64,000 nt of DNA. Origin: Azolla caroliniana (Eukaryota; Plantae; Polypodiophyta). Both the position numbers and the translations under genes were made by a program. A model generated the notes under the pieces. That model did not search any database and was not told the origin of the DNA. It worked only from the letters and a program-made list of their open reading frames with translations. The stretch covers positions 4,402,001 through 4,466,000 of the forward strand of contig JBHGNT010000006.1 in the NCBI GenBank assembly GCA_043228905.1. The letters run 5' to 3'. Below, piece after piece: positions 52,480 to 64,000 of this stretch (the first letter of the stretch is position 1; each line of letters starts with the position of its first letter).

Positions 52480-55400
52480 TCATGACACTATCCCCCTTCT
52501 TCGACGACACGTCTCACGGGTCGTAGGGTTTGTATTAGGACCTGGTTTACAAGGATATTGGCGATGAAATGCATTGACGAGTTCTGCAGCATTGAAAAGA
52601 TTTGTGGCAGGTTCCCAAGTTCGATCATTGGGGGTATAGCCTAGCCAATCGACCAAGTAATACAACTTGTTGCGCACGATTTTAGAATCGAGAACGACAG
52701 CAACTTCAAATTCAGGCCCGTCCAAGAACTCGACAGGTGGTGGGGGTGTCGTAAGACGGCCCGGAATTGAACTTGTAGTATAAGGTTCCAAAAGGGATAC
52801 ATGAAACACCGGATGAAGATGCATGTGCGGAGGGAGGTCAAGACGAAATGCAACATCACTTATCTTACCAGTGATCATGTAAGGGCCAAAACGTTGGTAA
52901 TCCAATTTACTGCAAGGTCGAGTGGTCTTGATGTTGTGTTGGAGAAGCCATACATGATCCCCAATGCGGAACTTTTTTGAGGAGTCTAAACGATGACGAT
53001 CGGCAAGCCTCTTGTGTGTAAATTGAGCATCATGCAAATTGTGGAGAATGTTAGCTTGAATTTCTTGGAGGCGACTAAGACGATCCTCGGCAGCAGGGTT
53101 GGTAGGAACTTCTGGATGCGCATTCATCGTCCATCGAGGATGACAGCCCGTATTTGCGAAAAATGGGGAATATCCTGTAGAAGAATGGGCTGAGTTGTTG
53201 TAAGCGAATTCCGCCAAGTGCAAAAATGCAACCTAATCATCTTGTTGATAGTTGATGAAACAACGAAGATATTGTTCCAATGTCTGGTTGGTACGCTCTG
53301 TTTGGCCATTTGTTTCAGGATGATAGCCCGAAGAAAGCTTAACTGAAATGTGGAGAAGTTTGAACAGGTGCTTCCAAAACTTTGAGATGAATTGTGGACC
53401 ACGATCACTAATAATATCATCTGGCAGACCATGATGCTTAAATACCTCCCGCATAACGAGATCAGCCGTCTCTTGACTAGTAATCGACTTTGTACATGGC
53501 AAGAAATGTGCCATTTTGGTAAATCGATCAACCACTGTGAGAATTGCATCAAAACCTTTTGAAACTGGGAGATCAGTAATGAAGTCCAAGGATATAGACT
53601 TCCAAGGTGTTTCCGGAATGGGAAGTGGTTGTAGTAAGCCATAGGGTCGGTGACGAGGATTCTTTGATCGACAACATATATCACAACTCCGAACATACTC
53701 CTCAACAAAATGACGAAGGCGAGGCCACCAATAGCGTCGAGAAATTAATTCTAGAGTCTTGTGAACTCCAAAATGACCAGCCATTGGTGAGTCATGGCAA
53801 TGTTGCAAAACTTGTAGCCGTGGGGGACCATCAGGAACATACAATAAATTTTGTCGAAATAGAAAACCATCATGCCAATAGAACTGACAATAGTCATTAC
53901 GAGGATTTTTCGACTGTGAGCAAGAAGCACGATCCGGGACGATATGATCCAAAACATCCTTGACGAAATCATCAGTGGCCATATGATCTCGAATGGAATC
54001 AAGAAGAGTGGAATTTTCAAGAGCTGTTATGGCGTTAACTACCATTAATCGTAATCGATTAGGACCCAAAAGGATTTGTTTTTGATGCTCAAAAGCAGGT
54101 TCCCCTGGACGAAGTTCCATATAAGACCGCCGAGAAAGAGCATCTGCTTTGCCTTGCTGCATCCCAGGGCGATATATGATGATAAAGTCGAAGTGAGTCA
54201 AAAATTGCGCCCACCGGGCTTGTCGCCGACTCAAGACTCGAGCATTTTGGAAATAAGTCAGGTTCTTATGATCATTGTAGACAATGATCTGCTGAGAAGA
54301 ACCTTCTAGGAAATGTCGCCATTGTTGAAACGAATCCACGATTGCAAGAAGCTCTTTGTCATGGATCTCGTAGTTGATCTCTGCAGCTTCAAACTTTCGT
54401 GAATGAAAGGCGACAGGGTGTAGTTGTCCATCATCTCCAGTCTGCGAGAGGACACTCCCTAGTGCAAAATCAGATGCATCGGCTTCGAGGATGAAGCGTT
54501 TTGTTGGGTCGACATGTGCTAAGATAGGTGCCGTTGTAAATGCTCGTTTTAAGCTTTCGAATGCCTCGGATGCATCTAAACTCCATATAAATGGTTGATC
54601 TTTATGTGTGAGCTGAGTAAGCGGAAGCACAACCTTAGAATAATCTTTAATAAATTTTCGATAAAAATTTGCAAACCCGAGAAAACATTGCACATCACGC
54701 ACTGAAAGGGGCGTTTGCCACTCTAAAATTGCCTGTACCTTCATGGGGTCCATAGCAATACCATTTGACGATACAACATACCCCAAAAATTCCACTTGAT
54801 TCTGGCCGAAACTACACTTTTCTAATTTTGCGTAGAGACCATATTCTCGGAGTCGGCACAGTACTTGACGAACATGTGCATCATGCTCCTCTTGGGTCTT
54901 TGAGTAGATTAAAATATCATCTAGGTAAACTATAGTGAAGATATCAAGAAAATCTCGAAAAATATCGTTCGCCATATGTTGGAAAACAGCAGGTGCATTC
55001 GTGAGACCAAATGGCATCACTGTATACTCAAAATGTCCATAGCGAGTGCGGAAAGCTGTCTTCCATTCATCCCCCGGGCGAATCCGAACTAGATTATATG
55101 CTCCGCGAAGGTCCAACTTCGTGAAATATTTTGCACCACTGAGACGTTCCAAAAGATTCGGGATTAATGGTAGAGCATATCTATTTCGGATAGTCACTTT
55201 GTTTAGCCCTCGATAATCCACGACCAACCAAAGAGTCCCATTCTTCTTCTTAACGAAGAAGATAGGTGCACCAGCAGGGGATCTAGAATGTCGAATGAAT
55301 CTGTTTGCCAGATTCTCATCAATATATTCCCGCAAAGTCTCTAGCTCTACAGGGGAGAGATTATAAATTGGGCCCCATGGAGGTTCTTTCCCTGGTTGTA

Positions 55401-56124
55401 AGTCAATAGGGCAGTCATATGGCCGATGCTCCGGCAATGTATTGGCCTTCACCTTATCAAAGACATCTGAAAACTCCTTGTATTTCTCTGGTAGTTTAAT
55501 ATCCGCGTCACGTGAAGTGGATGATGGAGTTGCTACTATTGCGAAGACGAACATGGCCTCGTTCCCCCCTTCCTCCCGCAACTGTCGTAAAGAGATGGGC
55601 GATAACCCCGGGGAGCTATTAGCACATGTAGGAGAGAGGGATGCGGGATTTGTGCTTTTTTCCCGAGTCTCCTCAATTGTTCTTTTCATCCAATCAATCT
55701 TCGGGTTATGGAGTTCAAACCAGGGGAGACCTAGAACTATTGGGTGGTCCGGACTACGAATAATATTGAAAGAGATTAGGCTTGCCAAATTGCCAAGAAC
55801 TATCCTAATTGGCTCGGACTCCTCGACTATATCTCCTGATGCTATGGGACGTCCATCGATGACTCCTACGGCTACTGGGTTGGGAAGCTTATTCAAGAGG
55901 ATGTTTTGTGACAAGGCAAATTCACGATCCATGAAACAAGAGTTGGCTCCAGAATCTAGAAGGGCAGAGGCTAGGACTCGATGACATGTAGATGTGGTAA
56001 GCTCGACTTGTGCTGAAAAAACTCGACTCACTTGATTTGATGAAATGGAACCACGACTAGGAACTAACTCTACATAGCTAGGATGGTCCAGCCAAATGGC
56101 TCCTATTTTGGCCGGACTTACTCG
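52480..56124 (-). pseudogene. pol: Pol (PR-RT-RNase H-IN-chromodomain) in the -1 frame relative to gag, with one nonsense mutation at 53233-53235
   Basis: LLDSGA, YLDD, EADASDF, H-H-C-C and DDE integrase motifs, and chromodomain FEVAVVLDSK..YYLVDWLGY..DRTWEP. The frame is open from the GTTAAAC slip site. QQDD*(W) TAG is followed by the same frame. Confidence 0.9.
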
Positions 56125-57242
56125 TTTAACACATCCTCTAATTGACTCAAGACATCGAATCTATTCTCATGACATGGACTATGAGGCTTATTTATGTTAT
56201 TAGAAGTAACAATAGAACTCGATGTAGGGTTTTCATGGGCACTTACTTGGTATACTTGACGCCTAGGTTTATGTGGACAATTTACAGCTATATGTCCTGG
56301 ACCACCACAATACAGGCAGAGGTGATGCGCTCGACGTCGTTGCTTCTCAGCATCTGATAACGGCCCACGACGTTGTGTTGACTCTATTTCCATCGGAGTT
56401 GGGCCATCCCTTGTAATGGGTCTAGAAACTTGTGGAGGCGTTGCGACTACGGAAGCGTAAGTCTGTTCAGGTTGGCGGCGTAACATTTGTTGGCGCTCAG
56501 AACGTCGCTCAAATAGGCGATTATCACATCGCACAGCTCGACTAATGGCTTCTGTAAGTGACTTCGGATCTTCAGGGAAAGTAAGAAGAAGATCTTTGAC
56601 ATCATTTCTCAAACCTTGACGGAATTGATCCATTAAAGCTGCCTCATCCCAAGGGATATCGCATGCCAAGAGACGGAAATCGGCTGCATAAGACGACGCG
56701 GGACGATCTCCTTGTCGGAGCCTTCGAATCTTGTTTATCGCTGTCCTAGTGTTGTCGGTGTCTCCGAAACTAGCTTGAAACTCTTTAACAAAGGCCTCGA
56801 AATCCTCCAGCAATGGTGATTTCTTCTCGAGAAGTGGTGCGAACCATGCTAACGCCGTACCGCATAGCAAAGTTCCCACTAATCCCACACGAGCAGCATC
56901 AGTTGGATACCGATTGGGATGTAGCTGAATAACTAAACGTACTTGATTCAAAAAGCCTCGAAATAAAGACCTCGTACCATCAAACTTGGCAGGGAGGCTG
57001 ATCTTTGGCTCTCTAGGGGAGTTTTGAGCCCCCGACGCTTGCTCTCGTAATGACAATATAGTCGCCTCAAGTTGATGAACCCGCTGTGATAACTCTTCAT
57101 ATTGTTGAGCTTTTTCGGCGCTCACGTGTTGTAGATCTCCAAGTAGCCTTTGATTCTCATGCTCTAATGCCACAAATTTATTCGTCAGCATGTCGAGCTC
57201 AGAAAGAACACGCATGTATTCTTGTTTGCTCACGGACTCCAT
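56118..57242 (-). CDS. gag: Gag (sushi/PEG10-like capsid, N-terminal coiled coil, CCHC zinc knuckle)
   Basis: EPKISLPAKFDGTR..FRGFLNQVRL, GTALAWF, LRQGDRPASSYAADF, CLYCGGPGHIAVNC. Open 374-aa frame. Confidence 0.92.
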   Translation of the reverse strand: MESVSKQEYMRVLSELDMLTNKFVALEHENQRLLGDLQHVSAEKAQQYEELSQRVHQLEATILSLREQASGAQNSPREPKISLPAKFDGTRSLFRGFLNQVRLVIQLHPNRYPTDAARVGLVGTLLCGTALAWFAPLLEKKSPLLEDFEAFVKEFQASFGDTDNTRTAINKIRRLRQGDRPASSYAADFRLLACDIPWDEAALMDQFRQGLRNDVKDLLLTFPEDPKSLTEAISRAVRCDNRLFERRSERQQMLRRQPEQTYASVVATPPQVSRPITRDGPTPMEIESTQRRGPLSDAEKQRRRAHHLCLYCGGPGHIAVNCPHKPRRQVYQVSAHENPTSSSIVTSNNINKPHSPCHENRFDVLSQLEDVLNE

Positions 57243-57337
57243 AGCTGATGAGGGGAGAGGAGAAGGAAGAAGAGAACTTGTTAGGGTTTGTGGAAGACGA
57301 AGAGATGAAAGGGAAAAAAAATAAAAATTGGTTCAAA

Positions 57338-57465
57338 CTGTCAAGACTGAGAGGGAGAAAGAGAGAGAAAAAGAGATAGAGAGATAATTGAAAGAGAATT
57401 ACTGTCAAGACTGAGAGGGAGAAAGAGAGAGAAAAAGAGATAGAGAGATAATTGAAAGAGAATTA
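57338..57465. repeat. 64-bp tandem duplication of the U5 end of the 5' LTR
   Basis: 57338-57401 equals 57402-57465. Absent from the 3' LTR. Confidence 0.9.
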
Positions 57466-59520
57466 TTATATTGAAGCGTAAAATGGATTACAAAGAGTAG
57501 GCTACAAAATGGCGTTGAACCAATTTAGGTTTGGGATGGGTGGTAGATCCCTATTTATAAGTAATAGAGAACTCTCTAGAATATTCTAGGTTATCCTAGA
57601 ATGTAGAGTAATCTAGAAGATCTCTAGAGTATTCTAGAAGGTTCTAGTGGTATAGAACACTCTAGAATATTCTAGGTCATTCTAGAATGTAGAGTAATAT
57701 AGAATATTCCTATGATATTAGATTTCATATTCTAGAGACTATACATATAAGAATATTAATACAATGGTTAAGGATTTGACATGTGTACAACAAGGTCGTG
57801 GGTTCAAATCCTTTCGAGTCATAACGTGAGTGTCATGATCCTTTCGATGCATGATGTGACTGTTATCATGACACTTGGGAGCAACTGGCGAGTCGCGTGT
57901 TGTATTGCCTTGCATCATGCGTTCATGATCACATGCTTGGCTACATTCGAGAGGCCAAAACGCCAAAAGAGGCATGGGGGAAGCTCAAAAAGATATTCAA
58001 CTCTGCCAAGAGTTGAACAACATACAACTGAGTGATATGTCAATTGGCAGTTACACCTTGAAGATCAAGGAGTTGTGCGATCCCCTCGGGACGATCAATG
58101 TCAACATTGACGATGATGAAATGGTGTAGATATGCCTCGGTGGCCTAGAACCTCGGTTCAATGCAATAAGGTCAGTCGTCCTCACGAGGGAGAATCCTCT
58201 CTCCTTTGATCTCCAATCGATGCTATTAGTCGAAGAAAATCGTGTCTGAACAAGATGCAACGAATCAGACGGACAAATGCTTGACACGAGTTCATATGGA
58301 GGAAGAGGGCAAGGCCATGGAAGAAATGACCAATCAGGCCGAGGTCGAAACAACCAAAGGCAGATTGATCACAACTTCTTCTATCGGCAAGATGTCAGAA
58401 ACTCACAAGGAGGAGCATCTGGAAGAAGGGGAGCAATCATGCCGGACCAAGCTGACAAAACAATTCTGTCCAATGCAGATATTGTGGTAAAATTCGCCAC
58501 TACAAGGTAGAATGTCGCAAAAAGATGAGTGAGTCGGCCTTCACAAGCCAACAACTCACCAACTACACCTCCAACTCCGACTACGACGATCGTGGCGGAA
58601 TGTTTGTAATGAGGCACAAAGCAAACTCAATGTCAGCCTCCAACCCGACCATCACCTCCAATGCAGAAGATGTATGGTTTGTCGACTAGGGTGCATCCAA
58701 TCACATTACGTCACATAAAGATTGGTTCCGAGAGCTACGAAAGCCCAAATGACTCCGCTATGTGGAAACTGGGGATGACACAATTCACCCCATTAAGCTT
58801 GTTGGTAATGTCCAATTCGGCAAAGAGGGCAACCATACCTACATCAAGAAGTTCTTGCATGTTCCGACAATAACAAAGAATCTTGTCTCTATCGGCTAGA
58901 TTGTGGAACAGGGCATGCAAGTTCGGTTCAACGACGGAGGATGCTTCATAGAAAAGGAAGGCTGATTTATTGCTCGTGGTCGAAGAGAAGGTCAGATGTT
59001 CATTCTCGATTCTCACGTGATGAAATCAACAATATTTGCCAAAGGCCATGTAGAGCTATGGTACAAAAGGATCAGCCATATCAATATCCATAAGCTTAAA
59101 GGAATGCAGTCGAAATGGCAACATTTGGTGGTTACCAGTACTATGTGATGTTCATCGATGGCTCCTCCAGACGCACATGGATATTCCCTATGCGGCAGAA
59201 GTGTGAAGTGTTCTCGCACTTCTAGAAGTTCAAAAACGAAGTCGAAAAGGCAACCGGTCGTCATGTACGGTGCCTTCGATCAGACGACGACAAAGAGTGC
59301 TTCTCCGACGCCTTCACAACATACCTTCAATAAGAAGGAATTTGGTGGGAGTTTACTTACCAACACACACCTCAATACAACGAAGTAGCCGAATGAAAGA
59401 ACTGTCATATACTCGAGATGGCAAGGGATATAATGAATGAGAAACATCCGCTGAAATCGTATTGGACTGAAGCGGTGAACACGACCATCTATCTAATGAA
59501 TCAGTGCACAACATCCGGAG

Positions 59521-60123
59521 CATAGTACGTAAAATTCGTGTTCGTCTACTATATCATTTGTTTTCCTACGTTGGAAAACAAACACGAATGAATTCAAATA
59601 TTCATGTTTTTTTTTTTTTCCTTTTTACCTTTTTTTATTGGTTTTTTGCCTCTTTTCCCCCCTTTTCCTCTGCACATCAACGCTACGCTCTGCTCTGCTC
59701 TCCTCCCCTTTTCCCCCTTTTCCTTGAACAATCTGCTGCTTGCATCGTGCACACTAGTCAATAGTGAGTCAGTGACCACATCTTCTCCCGACCATTACTT
59801 TCTGTAATTTTTTCGTAATTTCTGTAATTTTGTTGTAATTTCTGTAATTGTTCTGTAATTTCTATAATTGTTTTGTAATTTTTGTAATTTCTCTATAATT
59901 TTTGTAATTTTGTTGTAATTTCTGTAATTTATGTTATTAAGAAGGTAATGTTTTTGTTTTGCAATTTAAAATATTTTTTTTACCTTGAAAAAATATTTAC
60001 CTTATAGTAAAAATTTATCCAAAAGTATGGTATTTATCATTCTTCGAGGGTGTTTACCCTTCTCGAATGATTGAATCATTCTCAAACACGAATGCACGAA
60101 TGGTACACATGGTTCATACTATG
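59521..60123. mobile_element. hAT-type MITE (603 bp), TIR CATAGTA, 8-bp TSD ATCCGGAG, inserted in the Copia integrase
   Basis: TSD at 59513-59520 and 60124-60131. Internal (TGTAATTT)n array at about 59803-59930. Confidence 0.88.
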
Positions 60124-60966
60124 ATCCGGAGTGCACGATATTATTCCCCACGAGAAGTTCTATGGGAAGAATCCGGACTTATCCCACGTCTGGACATTCA
60201 GCTATATCGCATTTGTACACATTCTTGATGAAAAACGGCAAAAGCTCGGTCCAAAATCAAAGAAGTGTATCCTCGTGGAGTACTCACTCGAACAAAAGGG
60301 GCATAAGTGCATCAACCCCTCTACCAAGAAGGTACGAGTGAGTAGGGATGTCATATTCGACGAATCAACATCCTGGTACACAATCGACTAAGCTCCATCC
60401 GACTCAATCGAAACCGATTTCGACATAGATACGGGAGAGAATGATCGATTGAGGCTCACATCAGAAAAAAGTCCAATCTCAACCAGATTAAGTGGACCAA
60501 AGGAGCCATCAAGTGACCACAACACGTCGCGGCCAAGTCCGAAATCGGACAAAGGAAAGGCCAAAATGCATGAGTACGAAGACTCAGATGGAAACGAATC
60601 GGCACACTCATTCGAGAGTCAACAATGAGTATGGTGGATTGGAAGTTCCTATCATGAGGACACTAGGAGCCAAGAATGTGTTTACAAGGACAAGTGAACA
60701 ACCACGTCGCTCCCCCTGAGAAAAGAATGTGGTCAACCGATTCGGCTACAACGACTACATGGCATATCATTATGCATTCATGATGAAGGTGACAACAATT
60801 CTAGAGCTGATTTTTTTTTCCAATGCCAGTAAGGACCCGCAATGGGTCAAAGTGATGAATGAGGAGATGCAAGCATTCTCCAAAAACGAGACGTGGGATT
60901 TGGTCACCTCTTCACCCCATCAAAAGGCAATTGGATGTTGATGGATATTCAAGGTGAAGCATAATG

Positions 60967-61247
60967 TGTTGGAATGAATGCATGGAAGTAAGTAAGGACC
61001 TGTAGGTTATGTGTTCGGCCAACAACACAGAGAATATGATAGAAGAAATGATGGAAACGCAGACACAATTTTAGCTCTAATGGAAGCTTTTGTTATTCAT
61101 TGTTCTCTCTATCTCAGAGACTCAAGATACAAGAAGATCACAATATACAACATTAGGTTATTGCTTATATACCAAGCCCTAACAACTATTTGGAGGTGTT
61201 CACACACTAGGATACAAAGTGGAAGGAGTTGACCTTTTATGCCAACA
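60967..61247. mobile_element. Short solo LTR (281 bp) inserted in the Copia RT, TSD TAATG/CAATG
   Basis: TGTTGG...CCAACA termini. Removal restores KVKHN|ANGTVNRYKARLVAK. Confidence 0.82.
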
Positions 61248-62398
61248 CAATGCCAATGGCACCGTCAATCGGTATAAGGCCCGGCTTGTGGCAAAAGACT
61301 ATGTGTAGACACACGGGTTGATTATGAAGAGACCTTTGCCCTGGTGGCAAAGATGACAACCATTTGAACCATGATCGAGCTTGCAGCAACCAAAGGGTGG
61401 CACCTCCACCAAATGGACGTGAAGAACGTCTTTCTCCAAGGCGAGTTAGAAGAGGAGGTGTACATGGTACAACCACCTAGATTCAAGTAAAGTACGCATC
61501 CGACTGGTGTCTGCTGACTCACAAAGCCTCTCTACGGCCTCAAGCAGGCATTGAGAGCTTGGCACTCAAAGATAACCCAATATCTTTAGCAAATCAGTTT
61601 AAAAATTTCCAAGTCCAACAATTCCTTGTTCATCCGGAGTGACTCCAAATGACAACTATTCATCATCATTGACGAGTTGGTCATTAGAGGAGAGCACATT
61701 GCAGATATTGACCATATCAAAAAGCTTCTCTCCAGCCAATTCGAAATGAAAGACATGAAGGAGCTCCATTACTTTCTAGGAATAGAAGTAATTCGACCTC
61801 TAGACGACATCATGACCTCCCAATGTCACTATATTCTTAATCTTCTTTATAAGGTTGGGACGATAGAGTGTAAGCCTGTTGCTACCCCTCTCGATTCAAA
61901 TCTAAAGCTAGTTGCCGATTCCAGCACATAAGAGTGTGAGCCGACTTTTTATCGACAATTAATCAGAAGCCTAATCTACATCACCATTACTCGACCTGAC
62001 CTCAGTTACCCGGTCGACCTCCTTAGCCAGTTTATGCAGGCACCACGGAACATTCACCTAGACTGTGCTAAGCGAGTGTTACACTATGTGAGTGGAACCA
62101 TGGATTACAGTGTCGTCTACAAATTGGCCACATCGATTCAATTCGAAGGGTACACCTATGACGACTAGGCCGACTACAAAGCCGACAGACGATCCACATT
62201 AGGTTTTGTCTTCTCCCTTGGCAACATAGCCATATCTTGGAGCAACAAGAAGCATCCGACATTCGCATTGCTGAGCACATAAGCCGAATACAGGGGCACG
62301 ACCATCGCTGCATGTGAAGCCGTTTGGCCGAAAGAATCTTGAAGGATCTGGGTGTTCCCATCATGGATCCAATTCTACTTTACTACGACAACATGAGT

Positions 62399-62626
62399 AG
62401 TATTCATCTAGCTTGGAACCCAGTCTTTCACGCTTGGACCAAGCACATTGAGGTGCATTATCATTTCATCCAAGAGTGTGTCATGGTTGGAGATGTGGAC
62501 TTGCAACACATCAGTATTCATCTAGCTTGGAACCCAGTTTTTCACGCTTGGACCAAGCACATTGAGGTGCATTATCATTTCATCCAAGAGTGTGTCATGG
62601 TTGGAGATGTGGACTTGCAACACATC
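62399..62626 (+). repeat. 114-bp in-frame tandem duplication in the Copia RNase H
   Basis: SIHLAWNPVFHAWTKHIEVHYHFIQECVMVGDVDLQHI appears twice, with AGTAT microhomology at the junctions. Confidence 0.9.
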
Positions 62627-64000
62627 AGTATGAAACTGCAAACAACAACATCTTCACAAAGGCCCAGGGAGCTGACATGTAGTTGTTCATGACGAACCTC
62701 GGTCTTTTGACCACTAACTAGCCGAGCTTGAGGGGGAGTAAGGATAAGGAGCCGTCCGACCATCCACACCCGAAGCCGGAGTCAACTCAAAGTTGACCCG
62801 AAAACTAGACCAGTCCGAACCAACTATCCGGCGATCGGAAATTGTGTTTGAGGGGACGTGTTGAGAATCAAACTCAACTTCCCTAGTGTGGGAACACACC
62901 TTAGTATACTCAAGCGTGTGAACACCCCACCCCCTAGTATATAGTAACTAGTGTGTCATAGGACTTAAAGTCCTATGACACATATTTCATAAGTAGTAAA
63001 GACTCCACCTCTTTCCTAAGGAGCGGTTCTAGTGAGAGAACTTAGAGAGAGGGTGACTACATAAGCACCTTGTCCTTGTCCTTCTCTTTGTATTGTTGGT
63101 TCATTTTTGCTTCTTGTTAATACAATTTTCTTGTTTTTTGTATACATTGTGTTCTCTCTCTCTCTCACACACACACACATCTCTTACGCTGCACAAAATC
63201 ACTCCTGATTCTTGTCAAATTAAACCTTAAAAGTAAATGATTAATAAATTGGAAAATCAAAAAAATTAAAGCTAATTTGATCTTTTCCTCATTCTTGTCA
63301 CTTTATAGTATATACAAGCAAAACATATGTGCCAGGTTTACAATACAACGATCAAGTCTTCATTTTTTCTATCTTAAAAGCAACTAATGAAGAAAAAAAT
63401 GCATGTGTTAAATCTCATTCTATTATTATAAGTTAAGCGACTACTACTAGTAACAAATGGATGATTACTCAAATTAGTTTCAATCCGATAAACTGTTGAA
63501 ATTAAACCATGTGTGCCAAATAGGGATGAATACACACGTTGCAGAGTGAACTCCAAATGGTAATTTATCCTCATACTTATTACCATGTGTGTGTCCATAT
63601 TATACAACTCATTTTGAGGTGAAGGTATGATTTTGTTTCTAAATGTTATATCTTCAAAACATTCCGTGTCAATGTCATTCCTAGGGTTTGAAACTTTAAC
63701 CCTGCTTTCAAAGAGTCTAATCTATTACCGTTGTGCTACACAATGTTGTTTATGCAAAAACTCTTAACTCATGTATTTCAATCATGTCTAAATATCTTCG
63801 TTTATCATTTCCATCATGAAATAGTCATCCTCTCACCACTTTTAATTCTTAGCTACTATTTTATTGTTTCCCCACCCTTCTCTTGGTCTAGAACCTTGAT
63901 GATTTCACCTAGTCACACATAGATATGGTGTGCTATGACATAGTAATGGCATCCTCAAATGCGACCAAAACTACATTATCCCAAAGGCACAAGGTGGCAA

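Larger units (their letters stand above)
52017..57873 (-). mobile_element. Young Ty3/Gypsy chromovirus (Tcn1/Tf1-sushi-like), near intact; LTRs 52017-52487 (3') and 57403-57873 (5'), TSD CTTGG
   Basis: 471-bp LTRs with 2 differences seen. CTTGG at 52012-52016 and 57874-57878. PPT at 52488-52500. Gag and pol nearly intact. Inserted into the Copia gag. Confidence 0.96.
51338..63217 (+). mobile_element. Ty1/Copia retrotransposon, degenerate; LTRs 51338-51704 and 62859-~63217; hosts three nested insertions
   Basis: TGTTGAGAATC LTR starts and PBS TGGTATCAGAGC at 51705-51716. Gag starts at 51846 (KLDNNNFASWEYKM) and resumes at 57879. Integrase, RT (RYKARLVAK, HQMDVKN) and RNase H (TKHIEVHYHF). The LTRs are clearly diverged and no TSD was seen. 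Confidence 0.9.

Noticed and set aside
53124-55984. Alternative-frame and antisense ORFs over Gypsy pol (194 aa, 180 aa, etc.)
   Set aside because: Shadow ORFs of a coding region, with no recognisable motifs.

Overview
Eukaryotic nuclear DNA from a land plant, probably a fern or other non-seed plant. This is inferred from the intronless PLS-PPR, a MIKCc MADS gene with a long N-terminal extension and a Tcn1/Tf1-sushi-type chromovirus. Five host genes were reconstructed by hand: (1) a PLS-E PPR (40-2616 +); (2) a 4-exon EMB1270/At3g18110-like P-class PPR (4863-9551 +); (3) an 8-exon, 26-kb MIKCc MADS-box gene (36633-10565 -); (4) a 7-exon unknown, probably plastid-targeted protein (44386-46858 +); (5) a P-class PPR (50543-48768 -). 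Much of the rest is nested transposons. MADS intron 6 holds an RTE-like LINE split by a Gypsy chromovirus that carries two solo LTRs. Elsewhere lie a twin-primed L1 and a decayed Copia containing a very young Gypsy, a hAT MITE and a solo LTR. The best candidate for an undescribed system is the young Gypsy (52017-57873 -). It has no tRNA PBS but a Tf1-style self-priming PBS, a -1 frameshift signal (GUUAAAC plus a pseudoknot), and an antisense tRNA-like Pol III A/B-box module in each LTR. A 324-bp foldback element (33351-33674) appears to be built from two of these tRNA-bearing LTR ends, inverted, with an apparent 5-bp TSD. All alignments were done by eye and no database searches were run.
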